From assembly GCA_964304625.1 (NCBI GenBank), contig OZ199839.1, positions 3,826,670 to 3,890,669 of the forward strand: 64,000 nt of DNA. The letters run 5' to 3'. This stretch comes from Kudoa neothunni (taxonomy: Eukaryota; Animalia; Cnidaria). The position numbers were made by a program, and so were the translations under genes. Under the pieces are notes generated by a model that was not told where the DNA came from, made no database searches, and saw only the letters and a program-made list of their open reading frames with translations. This document shows, one piece after another, positions 1 through 12,764 of the stretch. How positions within the stretch are numbered: position 1 is the stretch's first letter; the number at the start of each line of letters is the position of its first letter.

Positions 1-1531
1 ATATTTCTTTTATTTGTTGATATAAATAAGTGAAATTGAATGAAATAATTAAGGGTAACAAATAATAATTTATGATAACTTTTTTGGGTGGAATTTTCAT
101 TCCAACCAATCATTTTACAAAATCTTAAAAATATGGATATTACATTGATAATTACCAAAAATTACGACTTTTGGAATTTCAAGCTATTTATATTATACTC
201 TGGAATTGAAATATTTTGTAATAAATTTAAAGGAAATTATTTCTATGCGTTGGTGATATTTAGTTCAATAAATTTGGTGTAATCTGAAATATCATAAATG
301 TAATTTTTTGGATAGCTCTATTATATTCATATTTAAACTTAAACCTCTTTTAGAATATAATATGTTATGTTTAAAACAAACATGAAATAATTCTATCAGA
401 GTCATTGTTTAAATATTTTATGTGTATTTAACGAGTATTATTAAATTTCCATAACTATAATTAAAATTGAAGTTTAATGAGTATAAAGCCTATTATTTCA
501 ATCGTTACTTACAATAGTACACCAATCACAAAATTTCTATATTTAAAAAATCTTTTTAATTCCTTATTAAGTTTTTCTAATTGGAAATATTTTTAAATTA
601 ATTTATGTACTTACTTTTTTTATTATACGAAAAATGTTAGAAAAGCCACCAACAGGTATTTACATTCTCAAAAAATGGGTAGTCAACAATGCAATCCTCC
701 AAGCTTCTGTAATGCGCTAATGTGACCCGCACCCTTACAAGTTGTGCCCACCACTGCGGTAGGCCAGTGTTGCCAAATGGTAACATGGATTAATTAGTCA
801 CTATAATATGCATGTTATAGCATATTTTCTTCTTATATCCATTTTTAGAATAAACTTATTTAATAATATATGTGTGTATTTTTTAGTTTTATTGAAACCT
901 CAAAATTCTAAGTTCAATTGTAGGATACTGTTAACCTTTTTTATATTTTCCGTAGAGTTTGATATTTATCTGTATTGGTCTTGATATTAAACATAAAAAT
1001 TTTTATAATTCATTTTTATAAAATAAGATACAATGAACATTAACTATATTATTATAGTAAAGATATATTTAAACGTAATCAAATGGTTAAAACATTATTT
1101 TTATTAGAAAAGCTATGGAGTCACACCTACCTTCAAATCAGTTATTCTTTACTTTTCTTGCTTACGGAGTCCTAATGTGTTCAATGGACTTATCTAAGAC
1201 CTTAATTTGTTTTAATGAAAAATCCAGACATACATATAAATATTTTAACTTACGTTATACATATAATACCCCTAATTTTAAAAAGTAATTTTCATGTTAG
1301 TTAATTAAGGATAAGTTTTGTTTTTAACTATATATTAACAATTTTTAATTGCAAAAAAAAGAATTATTTTGAGTGTTAAAAAAATCAACAACGTTGAAAT
1401 CCTTCGCAGTAATCATTTTGGAAATTATTTAAACTCTATTCAAGTGTATACAATGATGTATAATATTTTAAAATTAAAAATTAAATGAAATTTGTTCGAT
1501 TAATCAATATACATGATTAAACGTTTTAAAG

Positions 1532-2727
1532 CAGTGGTTCTTAACCTTTCTTCCTTGCGAACTCCTAATGTGTTCAATGGACTTACCACGGACGTCATTT
1601 TGTTTAATGCGTAATCCAATCATACATGAAAGTATTGTATTCCTATGATTCACCTTAGCGGGCAGATTAACAAAGGTTTTAAATTGCTTATTTTTAAACA
1701 AATGCAATTTAAATTGTATATTATTTTAATATTAGTTTACCTTAAAAAATTATCAATGAGAACGAAAAAATTTAAATACGAAAGGATTAAATTATTTATC
1801 AAATATCTCGAATTTTTTGAAAACATTCATCACGTATATCAAATATATAATTGTTTTACTTTAAGATACATACTAAAAATTTTTAATCTCTCCGGCAAAT
1901 TATTTTTGGCATTCAAACAAATAATTCACAACTACGAAATCTTTCCAAATAATTTTGTTAGAAATTCTTAATATACTAACTAAGCAAAAATAATGACATA
2001 TAATATTTTAAAATAAAAAACTTAATGTAATTTGTTGAATTATTATATATACACTTGTGAATGTTTAAAAGTAAAATCCATAAAAAATTCTAAATGACAA
2101 ATGCTCTTATAATCGAAAAATTTTCGCTGTATAAATTCTCTATTTTCACTAATTATTGGGTTTATTAGAATAAAAAGTGAACAAACGAGGAATTGTAATA
2201 CAATAGAATGCGAGATTGATGCAGAAACCCTCTTTTTTATATAAACAATAGACATTAAAAGAATTTTTAGTGAGATTATTTTAGTTGCTTTTTATCAATA
2301 GATTCACAGAATTCTGACCACTTATTTAAAGAGAAACACGCACAAAATCGATTTTTTGACTTGGTTGTTATGGTAACCAACTTGGAAAATCTAGATTCGC
2401 AAAAATACGCTGTTGTAAAAGGATTAATCATTCTAATCACATAGTCTGCAACGTTAGGAATATTTGTTGGAAAAATTTCCCCTTTTATCAAATGAAGTAC
2501 TAAATACTTTTGTTTTTATAGGCTATTTTACAAAATAAATGACAACAGAAGGAAATACTATAATAAACACAAATTATTAATAAGAAGCGAAGCATGGATA
2601 TATCTGAAATTTTTAATAATTACATTAATATTAAAAAATGCCTAATTATAATTAATGTATGCTGATAAAATTGGATTACAACTTTATCGGAATCAGGGGG
2701 GCATGAAATACAGATTAAGAATCGCTC
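1532..2727 (-). mobile_element. Deleted hAT (Buster/Charlie-like) DNA transposon
   Basis: Left end cagtggttcttaacct and degenerate right end agattaagaatcgctc; flanks ttttaaag/ctttaaat. ORF 2276-2491(-) has the hAT C-terminal motif 'PFTTAYFCESRFSKLVTITTKSKNR'. A diverged partial direct copy of the left part lies at ~1138-1505. Confidence 0.7.
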
Positions 2728-3042
2728 CTTTAAATGATGATATATCCCCAACTTACGTTACTCAACATTAGCATGAGGAGACCCAAAAATGACCGTAATA
2801 AATTTAACTAACACCCCACTATGAGGTCGAGGTAATCATCTAGCTGAGTGTGAAAAAAATAAAAGTGCCTTTCATAACACAGTACTACATTAGAAAAACC
2901 AAGTGAAGACACTCAAGATGAGCTAACAAACTATATAAAATGGGAACAATTTGCAAGGAATTATTCAAAGACAGGCTATATAAAATGGCTAGACAACAAC
3001 AGAACGTCTCGGTAACCACGTTGCGAATGAACAAGAATGTGG

Positions 3043-4388
3043 TTAAGCGGTCGGTTCTTTCAATTCTTTGATTTGTTTGATGACATATTGTTTTTTCATC
3101 GATGAATTGTTCGTCATCTAATTTCAAGAATAGAAACAAAGCCATAAACCGAATCGAACCCTTTCTATCATTATGGAACGTGCTAAGATACTGTACAAGG
3201 AGTTGTTTATTACGTACAAGGATTTCGGTAACCGAAGGGGATCTATTAGGGTTTACAACGAATATCTATTTGTAAATGAAAAAATTTTAAATTAGATCAA
3301 TAAATGTCGACACAGCAAGCGAGACTTTAAAAACATGAAAAGCTTCAAATTGCACTGTTGAACTTTTGTCCTTCATCAATGTCATTATAAGTTTGAGATT
3401 TTCGTTGTTGGACACATAACGAATCAGTATATTGTAGTTGAAACGTTCAACCAGTAACTCACCGAGTAGCTAAGTTAAGTGGATCGATTAAGTGTTAAAA
3501 TAACAGAAATGTAGAAGGGGGTTGGATTTGTTACTTTGATGGATTGTCGTTTAGTGACATAATTATCCGAATTTAATAACTCATTGTACGAGGTGAAGAA
3601 CTGAAAATTACAACAATAAAACAAAATTAAGTTATATTGAACGCTTACGAAATCATAATTTTCTTCGAGATATTTGGCAACTAATTCCTTGAATCTAGTA
3701 ACCAACTCTTTGAATGTGAGGTAGGCGTCTGAGCCGATATCGAAAGAACTATCGTTGATAAATTGAAAAAATTTCGCAAAATCCTCCGAATATAAAATGG
3801 CCATGCACAATTTGCTGTATTTGGCGAATTCTCTTAAGATCATTCCTATATTGAGTGAGATCTCAGGATTGGTGTAACCATCGATAATAGTAGAAATTAG
3901 TTCTTTTTGTTCGAGTATATGATCAACAAAGAGGTTTTTATTTGGTAGTGGTTTACGTAGTAGATTGCCTAATAGCAGGACAAATTCTTTCTTCGACTAA
4001 ATCAGCGTTCAAAATATAATCGATCACAATCATGTTAACACAACCTACCTCAAAGTCCAGTTTAGCAAGAAAATGAATTAGCATACTGGTTATATTTTGA
4101 TCCAATATCTCTTTACACATTGACACCACCAATTCGTTTGGTATTTCATTATCAGACTGTGAAAAAAGAATCGATTTCATGTTGTTGATTTGTTTGGATA
4201 TTTCTTCTTGTGCTTTGGTCACTGTATGATACTAAAATCACAATAAAATCGATTTTCTAGCTGCATATTGGAGACGTTAAATATACTTTTTTCATGTCAT
4301 TTAATTCGACGGCCAACACTGCTTCCTTCAATGTTTTGGTTATTTCAGAAGGGGATTTCTTCGACGAACGAAAAAGTGAAATTGCCAT
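3043..4388 (-). CDS. CAB39: MO25 / calcium-binding protein 39 (7 exons; apparent +1 frameshift in T6 run at 3091-3096)
   Basis: Spliced translation [22 protein letters not shown]...KLDFE|SKKE...GMILRE...[17 protein letters not shown]...[10 protein letters not shown]|LLGELL...QFEAFHVFK|IFVVNP...[15 protein letters not shown]([10 protein letters not shown]) is collinear with MO25. It has six GT-AG introns of ~42-65 nt. Confidence 0.95.
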
Positions 4389-4915
4389 TTAGAAAGGCAG
4401 TTAAAATATTTCAAATATGAATTTTTTCGCCGAGGAGAAAATTGTCCAAAAGTAACCACGGGAAAATTTCGATCTACAATTAACAACCACAGACCGGTGT
4501 ATATAACAAAAATCGCCTACTATCGCACCAAATCGTGATCCAATCGTATTAACGGCTTTAACATTGTTGTTTAGTTCAACTAAACATATCCATCAACACA
4601 ATCACCTTCTGTTTCAAACATCATTAATTTTTCGTTAATTTTAGTTGATTGAAATCAGATGTCGCGTGAAATGAGTTTTTCCTAATTGGCAATTATTGGT
4701 ATTATTCTTGTGTGTAATTGTTGCATTAGTTGACACATAACGTTACGTCGAATGATGTTAACCGGAACAAATTGAGTCACTTTATCTATTAATCTACATT
4801 TATTATTAATCTTTTGAATAAGTAACATAATATATAATGGTAATTAGTAATAATTTATTGGAACGTGAGGGCGTGCTAACCAATTAAATAATTTAATTAT
4901 TGAAAATTTATTGAA

Positions 4916-7046
4916 ATGGTGGATCACCCTATCGAACTAAAAACCACCAAAGTGATGACAAATATCAACCTACGGCAAGATTATAAATTCTACCTAAGCT
5001 ACTATGCTTTACCATCCAAATCCAATAATGTATATGCAGATTTGAGGATTTACTTAAGGTAATTATTGTTGATGTTATTTAATGTTATATTCGGGGAAAA
5101 TTGAAAAATAACAATTTTGTCATTTTATTTCGAATTGTGTAGAAAATTGTTGTCGAACAACAAAAGTGGTGATATCTATGTGTCGCCAACTGCCGACAAA
5201 AAAAGATCAGTTCGAAACTTTTGGATGGCAGTTCCTAAAGTTTATGCCGTGTGAAGTTGTTGGTAGTTATATAGATTTAGCATGGGGATAAACACATGAA
5301 AAATATTTCGGCGGGGTCGGAAAACAATTTCAAAGTAACCTATTAGAAACTAAATCCATTCAATGTTTCGGTAGGCTACTGATTTGTATAGGTGTTAGTT
5401 GCCTGGTCAATCACACAAATCAGTTCCTACCTATTGACTAATTAAAAGATATTCTAATAATATAATTTTAGTTATAATTAATAGAAATAATTATTCGACT
5501 AATTGGTTAATTTACTCAAAACAATAACTATTATTATCCATTTAGATTATCAATGAAATATTGTTGGTATCAAATCAGATAATTAAACACTTGTTCACAT
5601 TCACTATCAACACCCAATTAAGTTCATCGTGGAATATTGTCGGGGATTATCTAGTCAAAGGTTGATTATACTGAACGCGCATATTTGATCATTAGCGTGT
5701 TGATGCTTCTTAGCCATGCTTAATTAATTTAGGGGATTTTATTTATGATCACAAATCACAATTCCATTGCATTAGTAGGGCGTTTTAGTTGTGTTAATTT
5801 TGTGATGTTATTTTGCATAAGAATATCGATTAAACGAAAATAATTCAATTATTGAAATAATATGCGAGTGTTTTGTTATGAAACGAAGTAAAGGAAATGG
5901 GGAATGCCGTTTGGTATTTATGTGAGTTAAGGATTCTAATAAATAAGCTCTGAATATAGGATGACATTCAATCTACTAATTGTATTATGCCAATGTTAAG
6001 TGATTATGAAGGAGTTGTTCTTCCGAGGTAAACCAAAATGGCCGTCGTATTTTTTCAATTAAGTTAAAAAATAGCTTAAAATCTACCTCAATAATGAATC
6101 ATTATCCATATTTACCGAAAAATACTTTTTTTCGAAGTAGACATGATGTGTGTAACTATTGGAAACAAATGGTATTTTTGTGCTTCCATAGCTCCACTAT
6201 TTGTTATGTATATAGTATGGATATAAACTAAGTATGGGAGCTCATAATTACACAATGGTTTCCTTTTTGGGAAATTCAGCTTTATTGTGAGTTGGAGAGG
6301 TGGTAGTTTTTAGTCTAATGTTGAGTGTTTATTTTAAGATATCCTTCGGAATGTGTGTTAAAGTATCCTCCTCAATTTTCACCTTTAAACCGGCATTCAC
6401 GTTCTTCCACATCTAGTAGTTTTGTTTTTGTTTTGTTAGTTGATTCATTCTAGCTCCGCTAACTCAGTGTAACAAACCTTCCAATGAAAATGATGAGCTA
6501 ATGTGGGAAATAGTAAACAGTTTTGTGGAGGATCTGAAAAATGTGTTTGACAAAAATACTTTTGAGTTCAGTGTAAAAATTAGTGACAATCCACATTCCT
6601 TGTTCACACCCTCTCCAGCAACTATCAACTCCATACTGCCACCATCTTACCAACGAGAATGCACTCCTCCAAGTTTCCTTCAAAATAATTCGGCCAAGAA
6701 AATCGACTCCACAAATCAACCATTTTCATCACAACGTTTTAGTGCAGGGGAAAATGGTGGATTCGTTGGAAAAACAAAAAGTCAAAAGCTTGAAAACTAT
6801 GGCCCTTGTATCAAACGACTAACCTACCCAACAAATATCCTTCACCGTGGAGCTGTTTGTAGTGAAACAGTACGTAGAGATTCGAAAAAATCGATGGAAC
6901 TTTCCGTCGATAGTTGCTCACCCAACCAAGCCATTCTTAATACTATGAATGTGGATGTAATTATGAAAAAACTATGGAAACGTGCTTGCACCTCTTCCCA
7001 AGAACGAAAGACCAACTACTTTGAAAAATACAGAAAATCACCGTAG
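4916..7046 (+). CDS. C18orf63: C18orf63 / DUF4708-like protein, multi-exon (internal exon boundaries partly uncertain)
   Basis: Spliced exons give 'NCIMPML...HDVCNYWKQM|YGYKL...LLYPSECVL...EIVNSFVEDLKNVF'. This matches the DUF4708 pattern as I recall it (C..LP...HW..MYGY.L...YP.SC...SF..DLK), followed by a low-complexity tail (ORF 6501-7046). Confidence 0.6.
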
Positions 7047-8379
7047 TGAAATGTGTTAAATTTTCGGATCGTCTTTCAGGTGTGTATTCACCTATTTTTT
7101 TCAATCGGCCCAACAGATGCGTCATAATTGTTATTTTGTTTATATAATTAAATTTTTAATTATTAAAATTTTCAATTAACATAAAATAACGATAAATGGA
7201 GTAGTTTACATGATTATTAATCCTTTTTGTATGCAATCTACACTAAACAGCGGTAACTAATATTTCGCAATTTGGGAATTCTTAGTTTAATATATCCTAA
7301 AAGTTTGACTTTGTATAAAGCCATTAGAAATATATAAATATATATTTTTTAAAGTTTACTAATAATAGAATTATTTTGGATTTAAAATATATTCAAAATA
7401 AATATTTAACAAATTCTCCTTTATTTTTCGTGTTGTATATTGAAGTGTCTGTGAACAAATAATACGACATTGGTTTTAACTAGAAATTTTATATTTTTAC
7501 GTGTTTCGCTTCTGAATATTAATGTTTATATGTATTAACGTACATCAACAACTTATTAAATTTTAAATAAATAAACTATTTTATTTGTTAATTTGAAAAT
7601 TCTTAAACTAAATTTTTGAGTCAGAAAATATTTAAATTTATATTTTAAATTATTTATTTAAAAAAAAATTATTATCAGAATAAAAATAAGTATTTTAACT
7701 CAATGGAGAATCATTTTATATCATAATGTTTTCAAGAGCATGAGAAAATTGCGTTAACTTTTTTGCGCTTGCTTATAAATTATTAATAAAATACTATTTT
7801 TAAATAAAAAACTTTAAATATTCAAGTTTCAAACGTTTTTTAAATGATAAACATAAGAGTAAATACACTTTTAGTAACTAAAAATCAACCATAAATATGG
7901 TTATAAGATTTTTAATCATAAAATTTTTTATTTTTGAAATAGAACAATGTTAGTTTTGCTATTCCAATGCTTTTCTATTAGAAACTATATTATTTATATT
8001 TGATCCACTCCAATGAACAAAAAATAATTTGATATTTATTAACAAAACTTGGACTTGGATTAAAATTGCACGAGGAATTATTGAGTGAGATATATCAAAA
8101 TCTGAAAACGCCCAAGAAAGCTTGTACGTTAGTGATGTGAAAATGAGAGCAATTTAAAATGAAAAATTAATAAGATTATTTATTTAATTGTAAATTACTT
8201 TTTCTTAGGAGAAATTTATAAATATTATCGTATTAAATTTGATCCTCTCATCCATCTTACTTTATAAAAAGTATATTCCTTATAATAGTTCCCATGTTGA
8301 CGTGCAAAAACTATATGACCTAATAAATAAAATCGCAAATATTTAAAAAGAAATTTATTTCTGAATGGTTACTTTAAAC

Positions 8380-8892
8380 CAGGGGTCAGCAACCTACGGC
8401 CCGACGTGCATTGAATGACATAACATTTTTTCTAAATACTTAAAATACCCAAATGATCTTTAAGTGTTTCTAGATCGTTTTTCTTAATGTTAATATGTTG
8501 ACGATATAAATATTTTAGCCAACTAAAATTCATTTTCATTACATAGGAAACCCGGAATAAATATGATTATAAAAATTATTTCAATAAAAGTATAAACTAT
8601 TTTTAAAAACGCATCTAGATACATCTCATGTTTGACTTCATCCAATTAATCGTCCTTTCACAAGTTAAGCGCGAGTTGATTACATTGGAAATGAAAATTA
8701 TTAGAATATAATACTATTGATTTAACGCAATTTTCCCCTTTAAGAGACTTTTATAAATTCTTATTTATATATTTTAACCTGAGATTTGAACTAAGAATAA
8801 TTTAAAAGTTTTGTAGATTAATTTTAATACGGTCCGCATTAAAGTTAGAGTATGTCTGTTTGGCCGTCACCCAAAAAGGTCGACGACTCCTG
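8380..8892. mobile_element. Non-autonomous hAT MITE (513 bp)
   Basis: TIRs caggggtcagcaacct / aggtcgacgactcctg; perfect 8-bp TSD ctttaaac at 8372-8379 and 8893-8900. Confidence 0.9.
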
Positions 8893-9076
8893 CTTTAAAC
8901 AATAATTATTACATATGTTTGGATTTTGTTTGAAATAATGCGCGCTTTCGTTAACCCATCTCTCGAGAAATCCGAACTATAAAATTCTCGTTTAATTCGA
9001 GATTTGATGATTTGATCAAGTATTGTAAATTATAATTTAATAAAATGATAATTTAATGCTTGAAATCCAATTATAA

Positions 9077-10161
9077 GACACATCTCAGTATCCGAATTTT
9101 TCTGTATTCTGGATAAATCATGGAAAGTATCCATCGATAATACTAATACCGAGGTTTCTCGTGCTTAAATTACTTGAACTTCAAATTTATGATGGATAAA
9201 AAGTGAATAAACGCCAAATAGCAATAAACTAAAAAATAACCATTTTATAATATCCAAAAAAATCAAACGTGGTTTAAACTCGACAATTAGACCAAACGAG
9301 CCTAGATACTTCAAAATGTGGCGCAGGCGCAAGCTGCAATATGGGCACGTCACCTAGACCGATGCAAGGTAAAGCTTTATTGGCGTTCGCTGTATATTTT
9401 TATGTTAAGAAAAAAATATAAACTCTGTTAACAACGTAATTTTGGAAGAAGCGTATTCTATATACCGAATAAATCTTTTACAATCAAATGAAATGCATCA
9501 AATTGATGAAGGTATTCATCTTGATGATATACCGAAAAGTATGTGTTCAAAATAGATATAATAAAACAGTTGTGGTTGGAGGAAACATTAATAACTCGAG
9601 AAGTGATACAAAGAATCGATGAAAATGATACTGATTATCCTTTAGATTTATTATTTGAAGGCGTACAAAAGTCTCTTACTTGAATGTGCCGGAAAGTCAC
9701 TGTTGAAACTCAAAAATGAATCCGATAAAAGAATTGAAGAATACAATCAAAATGTTAATTGCACTGAAGATCAACCAGCTGTTGTATATCCTGATGGTAG
9801 CTCACGTAAGATGTCTCCATTTGACATAGCTATCTACATGAAATTACTGGGTAACACATTGACTAGTATAAGTCGGGCTATAAATGATAAAGTATTTTTT
9901 GTTTGACTATAATCGGAGTTATGCCTTACAGCTTACGGCTAGAACAATTCTGTTGTTATTTTTGGAACGCTTGATCTGCTACTGGATTCGCTCGTTGTTG
10001 GTATGAGATTGTTATTGAACCTGGTTACCGCAATCCCTGAATTAAGTGATGTTTTTAGTGAAGATAAAAAAGTAATTTCGTAATTTGTTGATTTAATGAA
10101 GTTTTTGTTTTTTAAGAGGGAATCATTGAAAATTATTCAACAGATATTTCCTGGAGTTTAA
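9077..10161 (+). CDS. Orphan multi-exon protein, probably helical; start not resolved
   Basis: Open exons joined by short GT-AG introns: HISVSEFFCILDKSWK|ILQNVAQAQAAIWARHLDRCK|...EEAYSIYRINLLQ...|DIIKQLWLEETLITRE|IYYLKAYKSLLLECAG...RAINDK|NNSVVIFGTLDLLLDSL...|RESLKIIQQIFPGV*. The join needs one indel in the A7 run at 9410-9416. Confidence 0.55.
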
Positions 10162-10672
10162 TTGTATATGTATTTTGCTATGTTATTATTGTTGTTTTCA
10201 ACTGGAAGTCTCTATCAGTTTTTAATAGCGCAGCGGTTTATTTCTTATTATTATTATTATTTTGCAAAATTTATATTTTTGAGCCAAAATTAAGCTCGTT
10301 ACTGAGTTTATATTGAATGTTTCTATCTAATTGCGTTGTTATGTATTTTTTTATGTTTGTAAACTAGGACGATCAAAACCTAAGCTCAAATTAGATCGGA
10401 AAATGCTTTTTGATTTGTTCACGTAAGGATGAATTTTTATCGGCTACTTTGTAAGGTAATGACTGGAAACTGCTGTTATCACAAAATTTAAAGCTTAGTA
10501 ACTGTTGAATATAACATAGTAATTTCTAAGATTAAATTTATTTTACGCATGCATCATCCCTCATCATGTTGGGCGTCGATTCAACTTTGCTTACTAGTCT
10601 GAAACCCCACGAGCTATCTTGTATCAATTAAGTTACATGAACTCATTTTTCTAATATTTAAACCTTGTTATA

Positions 10673-11864
10673 CAGTATTTCACGATCAACTTGAGAGTCG
10701 TTCGCATCAAATTGTAAGTTCAATTTTAAATCTTTATTTTTTTATCTTCCTATAGACGAAATTTAAAAATATTAAAAGCGATGTCAGAGGAATTATTATT
10801 ACTTCACATAAAGTAATTTATATGATAATTTTTAAAAGTTAAATAAAGTTTCGTAGATGACCAACCAAACGGAGAAATAGCCAAAGCTGTTATGGCATAT
10901 GAAGGTCCAATTAGCAGAATAATTAAAAAGTATTATTTAACTAGAAGTTATGCTCTAATCAAGAAGAGTTGTAATCTGCGATCAAAATTATTAGACGACC
11001 ATATAGATCATATAAAAAAATTAATCAACGATGACTGTACGATAACACTTTAAGTTATTTGTGAAAAATTTAATATTGCTGTATTTAAACAATGTGTAAA
11101 TAAGGCAATTAACGATTTTAATTACTCTCTATAATGTATTTCTGCGGTACCTCAAGTTAGGAATAACGCTGAAAATTTCCGAAAAAGATAAGAGTAAAAG
11201 TTACCATTTAAAACAGTTCTATAATTTATATAGATACGTAGTGAAACTATTGAAGCTTAAAGAGGAACACGAAAAAATAATATTCTTGGATGAGGCAACG
11301 TTTTCCTTGTCAATGTGACCCAAGTTAGGCAGATCAGTCCGTGGAATACGAGTTATTCTAAGAGTAAAATCTATTCGTTCTAAGGATGTGGCTCTTGTTG
11401 TCACGATGAGTCCAAAAAAATTATGGACACTTAATATAAGACATGGAAATGTGAACAAATTAGTTTTTAAAAATTTTACTTCGGATCTTTTAAAGGATTT
11501 GCGTTAAAACAATACATCCAAGACTCTCATAATAATGGATAATGTCCCCCTCCATAAATCGACAATTATCCAAGATTTTATGTCTGAGAAGGGACATACT
11601 ATTTTATTCTTGTCCCTCATACTCATCTTTCTTAAATCCAAAAAATCAAAATGAATCGGAACAATGTATGATTGAAGAAACTGAGAGGATTGCCGTGGAT
11701 AATTTAAAAAATTACTACAAGAATTTAAAGAATATCATTCAAAATGTCTTAGATTACAAATAATTGAAAACTATTTTAAATATATATTTATAATTTAAAT
11801 ATTCATTTTTTTATTATTCTTGCAATTTGATGTGAACGACTTACAATTTGATCGTAAAATACAA
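10673..11864 (+). mobile_element. IS630/Tc1-like (DDE_3) transposon, transposase pseudogenised
   Basis: ~45-bp TIRs (cagtatttcacgatcaacttgagagtcgttcgcatcaaattgtaag and its reverse complement at ~11819-11864) with TA flanks. Broken motifs IIFLDEA, IMDNVPLHKS and PSYSSFLNP. Confidence 0.85.
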
Positions 11865-12764
11865 TAATTTGTATTTTATAAACAACCCCGGAATTACACG
11901 GTTAATATTCCAAATAATTATTATTTAAGAAATTAAATATTATCACCTAATAAAATATGTTTTAATTGGCTACTAATCATGCGAATGCCTAGAAAATAAC
12001 AGTGCAAAGAAAAATTTCATTGGTCAATTTTAAAAAATTCAAAAATCAAAGCTAAATCTAAAAATATAAATAATAATTCAGAAATACTAATTAAGGGACA
12101 ATATAAATAATAATAGAGTTAAAATACAAAAAAATAATACAATCTGTTACATGTGCACGCATCATTTCAATAGTACAAAAATATGCTAATGCTTTATTTT
12201 TCACACTTTTTCTGATCTTATGAAAAGTTAAAAAACAAATTACCCAATGTATTATATCGGCAAAAATTATAAAAAAAATATTGAACATTATTTTTGGACA
12301 ATGCTCAAAGCTTACGCATCTTATTGTTAATATTGAACAATGACGTATAATAGCGATGTAACTCGGGATCTTCGTAGACGTTCACTGCATCGAAATGTTA
12401 ACTTATTCTATACAATTGAATAACCTTACTAGCGAAATTAGGGGGTTCAGTTTACTAACATTTAATTATTTAAAAAAGTTAATAATTTACTATTTTGCGG
12501 ACGAAAGTTAATCCTTACAATACTGCCGCATTAATCCTCATATTAAACTCTTTTGAATTGAAATTGAAAAAAATAAAAAATTAGGCGATAAAATTGAAAA
12601 AAAACACCCGGATAAACAATTTATATTGAATCGTATTAGAAAATAACTTAATGGCCCACCTCGCATGGAGTCGCTGAAAATCGTTTTACACCTAGCTGAG
12701 TTTTACGGATGAATTCTCAATAGTTTTTGGAGTGATTTTAGATCCAACAATTATAGCTATTAAC

